From the NCBI GenBank assembly GCA_905616605.1, contig CAJQSY010000014.1:10543-74542 (forward strand): a stretch of 64,000 nucleotides of DNA. The letters are read 5' to 3'. Under the pieces are notes generated by a model. The model made no database searches, was not told where the DNA came from, and was given only the letters and a program-made list of their open reading frames with translations. The DNA is from an uncultured Candidatus Pelagibacter sp. (GTDB taxonomy: Bacteria; Pseudomonadota; Alphaproteobacteria; Pelagibacterales; Pelagibacteraceae). The position numbers and the translations under genes were made by a program. Positions 9,682 through 19,976 of the stretch are shown one piece after another (the first letter of the stretch is position 1; every line of letters begins with the position of its first letter).

Positions 9682-10675
9682 AAAGATTTGCATTGTTTAT
9701 TCACACCACAAATTGGGTGATTTAATTTGGCAACTACCTTACATAAAGGCCATAAGTGAACACCACAATAAAAAAATTGATTTGGTTGTTCGAGAAAAAA
9801 CGCAAGCCAAAGAAATTTTAAAAGATCTTAATTATATAAATGCAATTCATTATAACAATTTTAGAAAAAAAATTTTTTACTGGGTAGATGTTTTTAAACT
9901 TAAGAAAATATTTTCTACCGAGGATTACACGCATGTTTATATATTGGATAAAATCAACAAACCAGCCGTAGCTGCAAAACTTGCAGGTATTAAAAATATT
10001 ATAGGCCCTGGTATCAAAAGACAAAAAAAATGGCTTACAAATAAAGACTTTCTAGACGATAAAGATTGGCTTTTAAGCTATTCAGAACAATCACAGAAAT
10101 TACTAAAATTAAACAATATAGAAATTAAAGATGTTTACCCACATATAGAAGTTAAACCCTCAAGTATAAATAAATTAAAGAAAAAATTTTCTTATAGTGG
10201 AAAAAAGATAGCCTTTGGTGTTGATTCATTTGAGGATTATAAAATTTGGTATGAGGAAAATTTCATTGAACTTGCAAATAAATTTTATAACGCAAAAGCT
10301 TTTGATTATATTTATTTAGTTTGTGGAAAAGATAAACAGCATATTGCTAAAGAAATTATAACTAAATCTAATAAGGATTATTTTATTGATTGTTCTGATT
10401 TAAAACTAGTTGATATTATCAGAGTAATAAAAGACTCGGATTTTTTTGTAGGGAATAACTCTGGTCCTATAAATTTAGCTGCTGCTTTAAATGTTAAAAG
10501 TTTTGGCTTGTTTGCCAATACTGCAATAAGTCAATTAAAATTTAGCAAAATAATTCCATTAACTCCTGAAAATTATGTTGATAATCAATTTATTAAAGAT
10601 CGAGAAGAAATGAGAAAACTTAGTGTAGATAAGGTTTTTCAAGATATAATCAAATATCTTAATAATCGAATATAA
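9674..10675 (+). CDS. Glycosyltransferase family 9 (heptosyltransferase-like)
   Basis: LGDLI...P N-terminal motif and FVGNNSGPINLAAAL. Confidence 0.85.
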   Translation: MIEKICIVYSHHKLGDLIWQLPYIKAISEHHNKKIDLVVREKTQAKEILKDLNYINAIHYNNFRKKIFYWVDVFKLKKIFSTEDYTHVYILDKINKPAVAAKLAGIKNIIGPGIKRQKKWLTNKDFLDDKDWLLSYSEQSQKLLKLNNIEIKDVYPHIEVKPSSINKLKKKFSYSGKKIAFGVDSFEDYKIWYEENFIELANKFYNAKAFDYIYLVCGKDKQHIAKEIITKSNKDYFIDCSDLKLVDIIRVIKDSDFFVGNNSGPINLAAALNVKSFGLFANTAISQLKFSKIIPLTPENYVDNQFIKDREEMRKLSVDKVFQDIIKYLNNRI

Positions 10676-10680
10676 ACAAA

Positions 10681-11142
10681 ATACTAAAGATAAATACAAA
10701 AGCTCCAAATTTTACTTTAAAATCTACTTCAGAAATTTTTTATTCTTTAAAAAATTCACTTGGTAAGTATGTGGTTATTTATTTTTATCCTAAAGACGAC
10801 ACTCCAGGATGCGCAATTGAAACTAATGATTTTAACAAATTATTACCTAAACTTAAAAAACTGAATTGTGATGTATTTGGTATTTCTAAAGATGATCTAA
10901 AAAGTCACTATAAATTTAAAGAAAAATATAAGATTAAATTTGATCTTTTATCAGACGTAGAGCTTAATATTTTGAAAAAATACAGAGTTTGGGCTAAGAA
11001 GAAATTTATGGGTAGAGAGTTTATGGGTATAGTAAGAACAACTTTCTTAATTGATCCAAATAGTAAAATTGTAAAAATTTGGGACAATGTTAAAGTTAAA
11101 GATCATGCTAAAGAAGTACTTGATACATTGAAAAGCATTTAA
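10681..11142 (+). CDS. bcp: Peroxiredoxin Bcp; the homologous frame begins at ATA 10681 (first canonical start GTG 10771)
   Basis: YFYPKDDTPGC peroxidatic motif, GISKD, RTTFLID. The upstream in-frame stretch ILKINTKAPNFTL is a typical Bcp N-terminus. Confidence 0.85.
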   Translation: MLKINTKAPNFTLKSTSEIFYSLKNSLGKYVVIYFYPKDDTPGCAIETNDFNKLLPKLKKLNCDVFGISKDDLKSHYKFKEKYKIKFDLLSDVELNILKKYRVWAKKKFMGREFMGIVRTTFLIDPNSKIVKIWDNVKVKDHAKEVLDTLKSI

Positions 11143-11180
11143 AAATAAAAAAGCCCCAGTTAAGGGGCTTATTTCTTTTA
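11142..11180. terminator. Bidirectional intrinsic terminator between bcp and amtB
   Basis: AAGCCCC-agttaa-GGGGCTT (11151-11170) flanked by A and T tracts. Confidence 0.8.
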
Positions 11181-11192
11181 ATTCTTATATTG

Positions 11193-12494
11193 CTAGTCTC
11201 TTATAGCGTAAGCTCTAACACCAATCTCAGCAACATCAGTTCCTAGTTTTTCAGCCTCATCACTTATTCTCAAACCAATAAATTGTTTTAATAAAAAGAA
11301 TACAATGTATGAAAAAATAAAAGTAAAGATTGTAACTGATAGCACTCCAATTAATTGAGTTGTTAGGGTGGTATCACTATTACTTAATGTAACAGCTAAA
11401 GTTCCCCACACTCCTGCAAATAAATGTACTGGAATTGCTCCAACAACATCATCTAATCTCATTGAGTTTAACCAGCTAGTTCCAAAATACATAATTATAG
11501 ACCCAACTGCACCAATTCCGATTGCAAGCATAGGACTTGGAGCCAAAGGTTCTGCTGTAATAGAAACTAAACCAGCAAGAGCACCATTCAACATCATTAC
11601 AACATCAGTTTTTCCACCAATCAATCTTGTAACTAAAGCTGCTGTAACACAACCTGCCGAACCTGCTAAATGAGTATTCATAAATATTTTAGACATTGCA
11701 TTTGCATCTTCAAATGTGCCCAAAGCTAATTGTGAGCCACCATTAAATCCATACCAACCCATCCATAAAATGAATGTTCCAAGAGCAGTTAATGGAATTG
11801 AAGAAGCCGCAAATGGTTCCATACTTTTTAGATCTCCTTTTGGACTAAATCTTCCTTTTCTGGCACCTAGTAAAATTACACCTGCTAGTGCAGCTGCACC
11901 ACCACAAGCGTGGACTAGAGTTGAACCTGCAAAGTCAGAAAACCCAAGAGATGCTAACCATCCACCACCCCACTGCCAACCCATAGTAATTGGATAAATT
12001 AATCCACCTAAGATTGCAGAAAAGATAAAGAAAGGCCAAATTTTTATTCTTTCAGCTACAGCACCTGAAACAATAGAGCATGTTGCTGCAACGAATAACA
12101 TTTGAAAAAACCAATCAGCACTTCCTGAATAACCTTGCTCAAGGGAATTGGTTAGTGTCCATGGTTTGAATGACCCAATGAAACCACCTTCCGGTATTCC
12201 GTAAGCTAAATTATAACCACCTAAATAAAAAATTATTGCAACAATTGAAAATTTTCCAATGTTTTTTGCAACAATTGTTGATACACTTTTAGTGGTCACT
12301 AATCCTGATTCAAGCATACAAAAACCTGCTGCCATCCACATAACTAAAAATCCACAAACTAAAAATGAAAATGTATTAAAGATATATTGTACTTCTGCAG
12401 ATACTGTTGTTTCTGCACTTCCAGCACTTATCATACCTAGAAGAAAAACTAGACTCAACGAGAATGTTGATATTATTTTTTTTAACTTAGTCAT
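11193..12494 (-). CDS. amtB: Ammonium transporter
   Basis: FFQMLF..., SGAVAER, DFAGSTLVH, GWYGFNGGS and DDVVGAIPVH motifs. Confidence 0.95.
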   Translation of the reverse strand: MTKLKKIISTFSLSLVFLLGMISAGSAETTVSAEVQYIFNTFSFLVCGFLVMWMAAGFCMLESGLVTTKSVSTIVAKNIGKFSIVAIIFYLGGYNLAYGIPEGGFIGSFKPWTLTNSLEQGYSGSADWFFQMLFVAATCSIVSGAVAERIKIWPFFIFSAILGGLIYPITMGWQWGGGWLASLGFSDFAGSTLVHACGGAAALAGVILLGARKGRFSPKGDLKSMEPFAASSIPLTALGTFILWMGWYGFNGGSQLALGTFEDANAMSKIFMNTHLAGSAGCVTAALVTRLIGGKTDVVMMLNGALAGLVSITAEPLAPSPMLAIGIGAVGSIIMYFGTSWLNSMRLDDVVGAIPVHLFAGVWGTLAVTLSNSDTTLTTQLIGVLSVTIFTFIFSYIVFFLLKQFIGLRISDEAEKLGTDVAEIGVRAYAIRD

Positions 12495-12565
12495 TAGACC
12501 TCCATATAAGTCTTCACTTATATTTATAATGATTATAAAAACTATTGTTGATTGTGAAATTTAGG

Positions 12566-12582
12566 TATGCGGTGATTGCATA
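12566..12582 (-). promoter_or_regulatory. LysR-type palindromic operator upstream of amtB
   Basis: Perfect TATGC-N7-GCATA containing T-N11-A. TATAAT lies on the minus strand at 12537-12532. Confidence 0.5.
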
Positions 12583-12585
12583 TAG

Positions 12586-12620
12586 TAACAGCCTTGTTAC
12601 ATTTCTGTAAAAGGCTGTTA
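12586..12620 (-). terminator. Hairpin/terminator after hup
   Basis: TAACAGCCTT-gTTACA-tttc-TGTAA-AAGGCTGTTA inverted repeat 17 nt past the hup stop. Confidence 0.65.
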
Positions 12621-12637
12621 ATGAATTTAGTATTTAA

Positions 12638-12913
12638 TTACTTATTAAATATTTCTTTAAGTGCTTTAGCTGGTAAGAACTTAACTTTTTGAGAAGCACC
12701 AATTTGAATTTGCTCTCCAGTTCTAGGATTTCTTCCAACTCTAGCTTTTCTTTTTGCTACTTTGTAAGTTCCAAATCCAGCAATTTTCACTGTATCGTCA
12801 CCTTTTAAAGCATCTAGAATAGTGTTTGTAATAGTATCAAAAGTACGCTCAGCATCAGCTTTACTTAGGTTTAATGAACCTGAAAGTTGTGCTATTAATT
12901 GTTTTTTGTTCAT
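12638..12913 (-). CDS. hup: HU family DNA-binding protein
   Basis: MNKKQLI, GFGTY, RKARVGRNPRTGE.I.I motifs. Confidence 0.95.
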   Translation of the reverse strand: MNKKQLIAQLSGSLNLSKADAERTFDTITNTILDALKGDDTVKIAGFGTYKVAKRKARVGRNPRTGEQIQIGASQKVKFLPAKALKEIFNK

Positions 12914-13052
12914 ATTTTAGCTCCGGTTTTATTGGTTATTTCCACATAATTGACATTAAAGCCCATAAATCAAGCTTTTTATTAGTGCTTCTTGAAATAA
13001 AAACCCCAATATATGGTGATTTGTTAAATTGATGTTGGTTTTAAAGGGTTAT

Positions 13053-14186
13053 TTAAGAAATAAGATTATTAAAATACTTAAATAAACCAACATCTTTTAG
13101 GTCATTAAATGTTGTAAAAAACATCAATGATAGCAATAAAAACATTCCGATTCGAAAAAAGCCTTCTTGAGTTTTTTGTGATAATGGGCGCCCTAACACT
13201 TTTTCAATACCATAAAACATTAAATGTCCTCCATCTAACATTGGAATTGGAAACAGATTTATTAACCCTAAGCTAATAGAAATGTAAGCCATAAGGCTTA
13301 TAAAGGGTAAAATGCCAAATTCAGCAACTTGGCCACTAATTTTTGCTATCCTAATAGGGCCTCCTAACTGCGAACTATCACCCTTTCCAGTAAGCATACT
13401 ACCTATATATTTAAGAGAAGAAGTGCTTACATAATAAACTTCATTAACTGCATAAAACAGTGCTTTAGCAGGGCCAAGTTTAACGTGGTTTACTTCGTTA
13501 TTATAAGCTCCAAGTTTAATACCAACCATACGTTTATTGATTTTATTTCCAAGATTATCCTCCCCTTCAACAATATTAGGTTTTACCTTAAAGATTATAT
13601 CTTGATCATATCTGTTTACTGTAAAATTGATGATTTCATCAGTGGACATCATTATGAATTTTGATACTTCCATGATGCTCTTAACTTTATTGCCATCAAT
13701 TGAAACTATAATGTCATTGTCTTTAAGGCCAGCTACCATTGCAGGGCTGTCTTTTTGAACTTCGTTGATTACCGCTGGAGTAAAGTCTTTTCCAACAAAC
13801 GTATAAACTGAGAAAAATATTAGAATTGCTAACAAAAAATTAGCTAAAGGGCCACCAAATACAATTAAAGCTCTTTGGTATAAAGGCTTTAAAACAAACA
13901 GTTTATCTTGATCTTCTTTGCTATATTCTTTTGTGATTTTTTCATTGTCGGCTTGGCTATAAACATTTCTATCACCGAAAAATTTAACGTATCCCCCAAG
14001 TGGTATCAAACAAACCTTCCATCTAGTACCTGATTTATCATTCCAACCAAACATCTCTTTACCAAAACCTATTGAAAAATCAGTAACCCCTACTCCAAAT
14101 CGTTTAGCAAAATAATAATGACCATATTCATGAATAAAGACTACAACGACAATTAAAGCTATGAAGGGTAATATATAAGACAACAT
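13053..14186 (-). CDS. rseP: RIP metalloprotease RseP
   Basis: HEYGH zinc motif, FSIGFG, PLGGYV, PDZ domain and NLFPIPMLDGG. Confidence 0.95.
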   Translation of the reverse strand: MLSYILPFIALIVVVVFIHEYGHYYFAKRFGVGVTDFSIGFGKEMFGWNDKSGTRWKVCLIPLGGYVKFFGDRNVYSQADNEKITKEYSKEDQDKLFVLKPLYQRALIVFGGPLANFLLAILIFFSVYTFVGKDFTPAVINEVQKDSPAMVAGLKDNDIIVSIDGNKVKSIMEVSKFIMMSTDEIINFTVNRYDQDIIFKVKPNIVEGEDNLGNKINKRMVGIKLGAYNNEVNHVKLGPAKALFYAVNEVYYVSTSSLKYIGSMLTGKGDSSQLGGPIRIAKISGQVAEFGILPFISLMAYISISLGLINLFPIPMLDGGHLMFYGIEKVLGRPLSQKTQEGFFRIGMFLLLSLMFFTTFNDLKDVGLFKYFNNLIS

Positions 14187-14223
14187 GATTATAATTTAAT
14201 AATACTATTTATTATTCTAATTT

Positions 14224-14991
14224 CTAGCTTTTAATATTATAGCCTTTTTTAAGTAGTAATGAGACCAGGATTACACAAATTACTAAAAAAAATACCATCG
14301 ATCCTACACTTATCCAAATATTAAAATCAGATACACCATAAAAAGAAAATCTTAGTCCATCAATTAAATAAACTACCGGATTAAAATAACTTACCGTTTG
14401 CCAAAATGGTGGCAGCATATCAAGGGAGTATAAACTTCCACCCAAAAATACCATGGGTGTAATAACTAATGAAGGAACGATAGCCATTTGTTCAAAGTTT
14501 GAACTAAGAACACCAATTAAAAAACCGAATAAAGCAAAAGTAAAAGAAACTAATATTAATAAAAATATCATTAACACTGGATGTTTAACTGTAACATCGG
14601 CAAAAAATGAAGCAGTGGCAAAAATTACAGCACCAACTAATAATGTTTTGGTAGCTCCCGCCCCAACAAAAGCAAGAACTGTTTCAAGCGTTGAAATAGG
14701 TGCTGCTAAAATTTCATTAATGGTTCCATTAAATTTTGGAAAAAAAATTCCAAACGAAGTGTTACTTATTGATTGAGTTAATAGAGTTAACATTAATAAA
14801 CCTGGTACAATGTATGACCCATAACTAACACCATCAATTTTTTCAATATAACCTCCAATAACTGAACCAAAAACAACAAAATATAATGATGTAGATATTA
14901 CAGGTGAAAGAATAGACTGACCCACAGTTCTTATAAATCTATTCATCTCATGAACATAAATAGCTTTAAAACCGTAATAATTAAATTTCAT
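14224..14991 (-). CDS. ABC-2 type permease (YadH-like)
   Basis: Six TM segments; [18 protein letters not shown] and [11 protein letters not shown]. Confidence 0.85.
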   Translation of the reverse strand: MKFNYYGFKAIYVHEMNRFIRTVGQSILSPVISTSLYFVVFGSVIGGYIEKIDGVSYGSYIVPGLLMLTLLTQSISNTSFGIFFPKFNGTINEILAAPISTLETVLAFVGAGATKTLLVGAVIFATASFFADVTVKHPVLMIFLLILVSFTFALFGFLIGVLSSNFEQMAIVPSLVITPMVFLGGSLYSLDMLPPFWQTVSYFNPVVYLIDGLRFSFYGVSDFNIWISVGSMVFFLVICVILVSLLLKKGYNIKS

Positions 14992-15916
14992 TATTCTCCT
15001 TTACTAAATTAACAAATATCTTCTCCAGTGTACTTTGCTCTGTTTTTAAATCTTTTAACTTTAAGCCAGTATCTTTTAAATCTTGTAATAAATCAGTAAT
15101 ACCAGTTTTTTCAGCTTGAACATTATAAGTATAAATTAAAGACATGTGCTCCTCACCTATTTCAAGATTATATTTAAGTAAATCCTCAGGAATTTCCTTA
15201 GTTTTTTTTTGTAATTCAATGGTTAGTTTTTTGTGACCCATTTTCTTAATCAATTCTTTTTTATCTTCAACAACGATAATTTCACCTTGATTAATAACAG
15301 CTACACGATCAGCAATAGCTTCCGCTTCTTCAATATAATGAGTGGTTAAAATAATTGTGACCCCTGTTTTTCTTAACTCTTCAACAACCATCCACATATC
15401 TCTTCTAAGTTCAACATCTACACCAGCTGTTGGTTCATCAAGAAATAGTATTTTGGGCTCATGAGATAAAGCTTTTGCAATTAAAACTCTTCTCTTCATT
15501 CCACCTGACAATTGTCTAAGTCTTTGATCTTTTTTATCCCAGAGACTTAAGTCCTTTAAAATTTTTTCTATATGTTCTGGTTTAGGTGGCTTTCCATACA
15601 ATCCTCTAGAATAAGACACCGTATCAAAAACAGTTTCAAAAGATTCTAAATTTAATTCTTGAGGAACAAGCCCTATCCTTGATCTCGTCTCTCTATAATC
15701 TTTTATAATATCAAAATTATCAATTGTAACTGTGCCTGAAGAAGGTTTGGCAATTCCACAAATTATACTGATTAAAGTTGTTTTTCCCGCACCATTAGGT
15801 CCAAGCATTGCAAGAATTTCACCTTGTTTTACTTTAAGGCTAACATCATTAAGGGCTTTAAAACCATTATCATAAACTTTAGATAGGTTGTTAATGGATA
15901 TTTGGATTTCAGACAT
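14981..15916 (-). CDS. ABC ATP-binding protein (YadG-like)
   Basis: [26 protein letters not shown] and H-loop. Confidence 0.9.
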   Translation of the reverse strand: MSEIQISINNLSKVYDNGFKALNDVSLKVKQGEILAMLGPNGAGKTTLISIICGIAKPSSGTVTIDNFDIIKDYRETRSRIGLVPQELNLESFETVFDTVSYSRGLYGKPPKPEHIEKILKDLSLWDKKDQRLRQLSGGMKRRVLIAKALSHEPKILFLDEPTAGVDVELRRDMWMVVEELRKTGVTIILTTHYIEEAEAIADRVAVINQGEIIVVEDKKELIKKMGHKKLTIELQKKTKEIPEDLLKYNLEIGEEHMSLIYTYNVQAEKTGITDLLQDLKDTGLKLKDLKTEQSTLEKIFVNLVKENNEI

Positions 15917-16075
15917 TTGTTAAGGTTTATATAGTTGTTAATGAGGTTAATTCAACAAACCTAATAATTTAGTGCATTATTTGATTACTATATGTTTATA
16001 TCTTGAGGTTAAAATTTGACTTAATTTAATTACTTCTTTAATTAACTTTTATATTCTTTTTTTTTAAGAATATCA

Positions 16076-16146
16076 GTTTCTGGGGTGCTGTAAAAAGCTG
16101 AGAATATACCCAAAGAACCTGTTGTATAATCACAACGAAGGGAAAA
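16076..16146 (+). promoter_or_regulatory. TPP riboswitch (compact), probably translational
   Basis: GGGGUGC...GCUGAGA-auAUACCC-aaaGAACCUG...AUAAU...CGAAGGGA conserved core. The 3' strand of P1 overlaps the RBS of thiV. Confidence 0.9.
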
Positions 16147-16147
16147 A

Positions 16148-17641
16148 ATGAACACACTATACTTAGATCAATCAACTACTATTATTACTCTACTTTTAAC
16201 TTCATTAGCCTTTGCAGCTATTGGAATAGTTTATTCAAAAGGTAAACTTTCAATTAACTCATATTTAAATGCAGATAGATCAATTGGTAAAAGATCTTTA
16301 ACTGCGTCGTTAGTTGCATCATGTTTTGGTGTGTGGATTTTAATTGGCCCATCAGAAGCTGCAACTTGGGGTGGTTTAGGTGCTATAATTGGTTATGGTT
16401 TAGGTCAAGCTCTACCCTTCTTAGCCTTTATTACCATCGGTCAGCGGATGAGAAAAATTATGCCTAATGGTAATACTCTTACTCAATTTGTTCTAATTAG
16501 ATTTGGTAAGGCGATGTTTCGTTTAGTTTTATTATTAACAATAATGTACATGTTTGTTTATTTTGCAGCAGAAGTTACGGCGATTGCAAAAGTTGTTAAT
16601 CTAATGTCTGGGTTTCCACTTTGGCAAACCTCTCTTATAATAATTGTTGCCACGCTATCGTACACTCTTTATGGAGGACTTAGAGCTTCAATTTTTACAG
16701 ATAAGATTCAATTTATTATAATTATGATTTTATTAATATTGGCTATCAACCATATTTTTAATTCTGGAAATAATACTTTTTCAATGGATTTAGTTAATGA
16801 AAAAGCTGGAACATTAATGAGTGGTAAATATTTTTATGGTTATACTGCTGGTTTAACTTTCTTCATTGCTGTTTTTGCAACCAACTTATTTGATCAAGGT
16901 GTTTGGCAAAGAGTATTTGCAGCAAAAAGTTCAGATGATTTAAGAAAAGGATTTATGTCTGCCTTCTTTATTGTAATTCCATTTATGCTTGTTTTAGGTT
17001 TCTTTGGAATTCTTGCAGTATCAGTTGATAAAGCAACAGACCCTAGTACTTTATTTTTTACGCTTTTACTTGAGCCATTCTCTGGAATTAATTCTTTATT
17101 AACTATTTCAATTTTGATTTTAGTTTTAGCCTTAGTAATTAGTAGTATGGATACACTTATTAATGCAATCTCAAGTACAATTATTATTGAAGGCAATAAG
17201 TTTATTAGTTTAAAGAATAAGAATAGTTATCTTACGCTTTCTAGGTACTTAATATGTGGTCTATCAGTAATTGTTTTTTTAATAGCATCAAAAGGATATA
17301 GCGTATTATTTATGTTTTTATTTGCAGACTTATTATGTTGTGCTGCAGTATTTCCTATTTTTTATGGAATGTTCAAAGGTGATGCAAATGAGAAACTTTC
17401 TTTAATTTCTGTTATAATTGGATTGATATCTGGATTGCTTTTGTTTCCTAATCAGACTTTTGATAAAAGTATTTTAATTGGTGGATTAATTCCTGCTGAT
17501 GCTTTTCCATTATGGATTTCAACTGCATTATTATTTTGGTCTTTTGTTTTAGCAACATTCACACCAATGATAACATTATTGATCTTTAAAAAAGACGCTA
17601 AGTTTGATTTTTCTAAGATTAAAACTTTAATCAAGGATTAG
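16148..17641 (+). CDS. thiV: Sodium:solute symporter, thiamin-pyrimidine (HMP) precursor transporter ThiV-like
   Basis: SSS motifs YTLYGGLRASIFTD and WQRVFAA; directly behind a TPP riboswitch and coupled to tenA. Confidence 0.8.
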   Translation: MNTLYLDQSTTIITLLLTSLAFAAIGIVYSKGKLSINSYLNADRSIGKRSLTASLVASCFGVWILIGPSEAATWGGLGAIIGYGLGQALPFLAFITIGQRMRKIMPNGNTLTQFVLIRFGKAMFRLVLLLTIMYMFVYFAAEVTAIAKVVNLMSGFPLWQTSLIIIVATLSYTLYGGLRASIFTDKIQFIIIMILLILAINHIFNSGNNTFSMDLVNEKAGTLMSGKYFYGYTAGLTFFIAVFATNLFDQGVWQRVFAAKSSDDLRKGFMSAFFIVIPFMLVLGFFGILAVSVDKATDPSTLFFTLLLEPFSGINSLLTISILILVLALVISSMDTLINAISSTIIIEGNKFISLKNKNSYLTLSRYLICGLSVIVFLIASKGYSVLFMFLFADLLCCAAVFPIFYGMFKGDANEKLSLISVIIGLISGLLLFPNQTFDKSILIGGLIPADAFPLWISTALLFWSFVLATFTPMITLLIFKKDAKFDFSKIKTLIKD

Positions 17642-18303
17642 TGGATATTTATAATAATAAAAAAACTTATTTTTATAAATTAAAGAGTAGCTGTAATAAA
17701 GAATGGTCTGAATACACTGATCATAAGTTTTTATCTGATTTGGTAAGTAATAAACTACCCGATAAAAATTTTAAAAAGTATTTAGTTCAAGATTATATAT
17801 TTTTGCAACAATTCTTAAAAATTTTAGCTCTTAGTGTTTATAAAGCTAAATCCTTTGAAGAGATTAATAGGTCAGTAAATTTTATTAAGGGAATTGATCA
17901 TGAAATTAAACTTCATGTTAATTATTGTAAAAAATGGAAGATACCCCTTAGATCTCTTAATAATATTAAAGTTGAGAGTGCTAATAGCGCTTATACAGAT
18001 CATGTATTGAGTGTAGGTAAAAATGGTAACAATCTTGATATATTCTCAAGTTTATCTCCATGTATTATTGGTTATGGAGAGATTGGATTTAAACTTTCAA
18101 AAATTAAAAATTGGAAAAAAAGTAAATATAGCTCTTGGATTAAGATGTACTCATCAAAAGAGTACCAACAAGTTGCCAAAGATAATATTAATTATTTAGA
18201 TATTCTTTTTAAGAACAATAAGAATAAAAATTTAAGTAAACTTAAAAGTAATTTTAAAAAATCAACTATCCTTGAACGAAATTTTTGGGAATGTTTTGTC
18301 TAA
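17641..18303 (+). CDS. tenA: TenA aminopyrimidine aminohydrolase (thiaminase II, Cys-type)
   Basis: YLVQDY, LSPCIIGYGEIG (catalytic Cys), Y.SWI..Y and LE..FW motifs; GTG start overlapping the thiV TAG. Confidence 0.85.
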   Translation: MDIYNNKKTYFYKLKSSCNKEWSEYTDHKFLSDLVSNKLPDKNFKKYLVQDYIFLQQFLKILALSVYKAKSFEEINRSVNFIKGIDHEIKLHVNYCKKWKIPLRSLNNIKVESANSAYTDHVLSVGKNGNNLDIFSSLSPCIIGYGEIGFKLSKIKNWKKSKYSSWIKMYSSKEYQQVAKDNINYLDILFKNNKNKNLSKLKSNFKKSTILERNFWECFV

Positions 18304-18307
18304 ATTT

Positions 18308-18817
18308 CTAACTATCTAAAATTTCTAGTGGTAATGGTGCTTCTGGATATTTTTCTTTACACAATTTTTCATAATTTTTACAAAGAGTAGCTATCGTTTC
18401 ATTTGCTTCATCTTTGGATGTGAGAAATTTAATAAGGGTGTCTCTTTCTTCTTCTATTTCTTTAACATCTTGACCTTTAAGAAATTCACCAGTTTCAACT
18501 TCCCAATAAGTATCATTCAATTCTTCATTTTTTAATTCATTAAGTTTTTTCTGTAACTCAATAATAATTTTGTCATTAGACTTGCTGTCTCTCATTGGAG
18601 AATTAAGTAGTTTTCCTAAGCACTTATCTTCTAAATCACTTAAAAAAGTATTGTAAGGCTTTCCTTCAGCCAATCCTTTAAAATGATTGCTTTCAAAATA
18701 TTTATTAATTGCAGCATTAGTAGTTATTTTGTTTTTACCTTTGGCAACAGCTACTTGGACATAAACTTCCTGACTAATATATTCATTTAAATAGTCTTTA
18801 ATTTTATCCGACAACAT
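18308..18817 (-). CDS. Hypothetical protein
   Basis: 169-aa ORF 11 bp downstream of ald; no recognised motif. Confidence 0.7.
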   Translation of the reverse strand: MLSDKIKDYLNEYISQEVYVQVAVAKGKNKITTNAAINKYFESNHFKGLAEGKPYNTFLSDLEDKCLGKLLNSPMRDSKSNDKIIIELQKKLNELKNEELNDTYWEVETGEFLKGQDVKEIEEERDTLIKFLTSKDEANETIATLCKNYEKLCKEKYPEAPLPLEILDS

Positions 18818-18828
18818 TTTTAAAAAGA

Positions 18829-19941
18829 TTACAGAGTTTTTAATGGATCAACGTATTCGTGCCCAAAAACATCAGCAACTGCTTTATACGTTACGTGACC
18901 TTTGCAAACATTTAATCCTGCTAGAAGGTGCTTATCTTCACTTAATGCTTTTGCATAACCGTTGTTTGCAATCTTAACTAAGTGAGGAAGTGTTGCATTA
19001 TTTAATGCTATTGTTGAAGTTCTTGGAACTCCCCCTGGCATATTTGCTACACAGTAATGAATAACATCATCAATAATATAAGTTGGATCACCATGAGTTG
19101 TTGGTTTGCTAGTTTCAACACAACCACCTTGGTCAATTGCAACATCAACTATTACAGATCCTCTTTTCATTAATTTTAACATTGATTTAGTAACTAACTT
19201 TGGAGCTTCTGCACCTGGAATTAAAACACCACCAATTAAAAGATCAGCTTCTGCAACTAATTTATTTAAATCAATTTTATCACTTTGCTCTGGAATAATT
19301 TTATCCCCAAACATTTCAACTAATTGTTTTAACCTTGCTTCTGATTTATCAACAATATGAACTTTGGCTCTCATGCCAGTTGCAATGACTGCTGCATTTT
19401 CACCAACAACACCACCACCTAAGATAACAACAGTTCCACCTTCAACTCCAGGAGCTCCGCCCAATAAAAGACCTCTGCCATTTTGATTTTTTTCTAAACA
19501 GTGCGCTCCTGCTTGAACAGACATACGTCCTGCAACTGCACTCATAGGTGCGAGTAATGGTAATCTACCATTGTCATCAGTCACAGTTTCATAGGCTATA
19601 CAAACACCTTTAGACTTAATCAAACCTTCGGTTAATTCTTTTGCTGCTGCTAAATGAAGATAAGTGTAAACGATCTGATTTTCTCTAATCATTTTGACTT
19701 CACCTGATTGAGGCTCTTTTACTTTAACAATAATATCTGCATCATTAAAAATATCTTCAGCTTTATCAATAATTTTTGCACCAATACTAGTATATTGTTC
19801 ATTCTCAAAACCAGCTTCAAAACCACCATTATTTTCAACTAAAACTTCATGACCTTCCGATATTAAAGTTTTAACACTATCGGGGGTTAATCCAATACGA
19901 TGTTCTTGAGGTTTAATTTCTTTAGGTACACCTATTTTCAT
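18829..19941 (-). CDS. ald: Alanine dehydrogenase
   Basis: MKIGVPKEIK, VKVKEP, YLHLAA, LLAPMS.VAGR, DVAIDQGG and YCVANMPG motifs. Confidence 0.95.
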   Translation of the reverse strand: MKIGVPKEIKPQEHRIGLTPDSVKTLISEGHEVLVENNGGFEAGFENEQYTSIGAKIIDKAEDIFNDADIIVKVKEPQSGEVKMIRENQIVYTYLHLAAAKELTEGLIKSKGVCIAYETVTDDNGRLPLLAPMSAVAGRMSVQAGAHCLEKNQNGRGLLLGGAPGVEGGTVVILGGGVVGENAAVIATGMRAKVHIVDKSEARLKQLVEMFGDKIIPEQSDKIDLNKLVAEADLLIGGVLIPGAEAPKLVTKSMLKLMKRGSVIVDVAIDQGGCVETSKPTTHGDPTYIIDDVIHYCVANMPGGVPRTSTIALNNATLPHLVKIANNGYAKALSEDKHLLAGLNVCKGHVTYKAVADVFGHEYVDPLKTL

Positions 19942-19976
19942 AGTTAACTCTACTTTCTTTGATTAGTTAATTTTGT

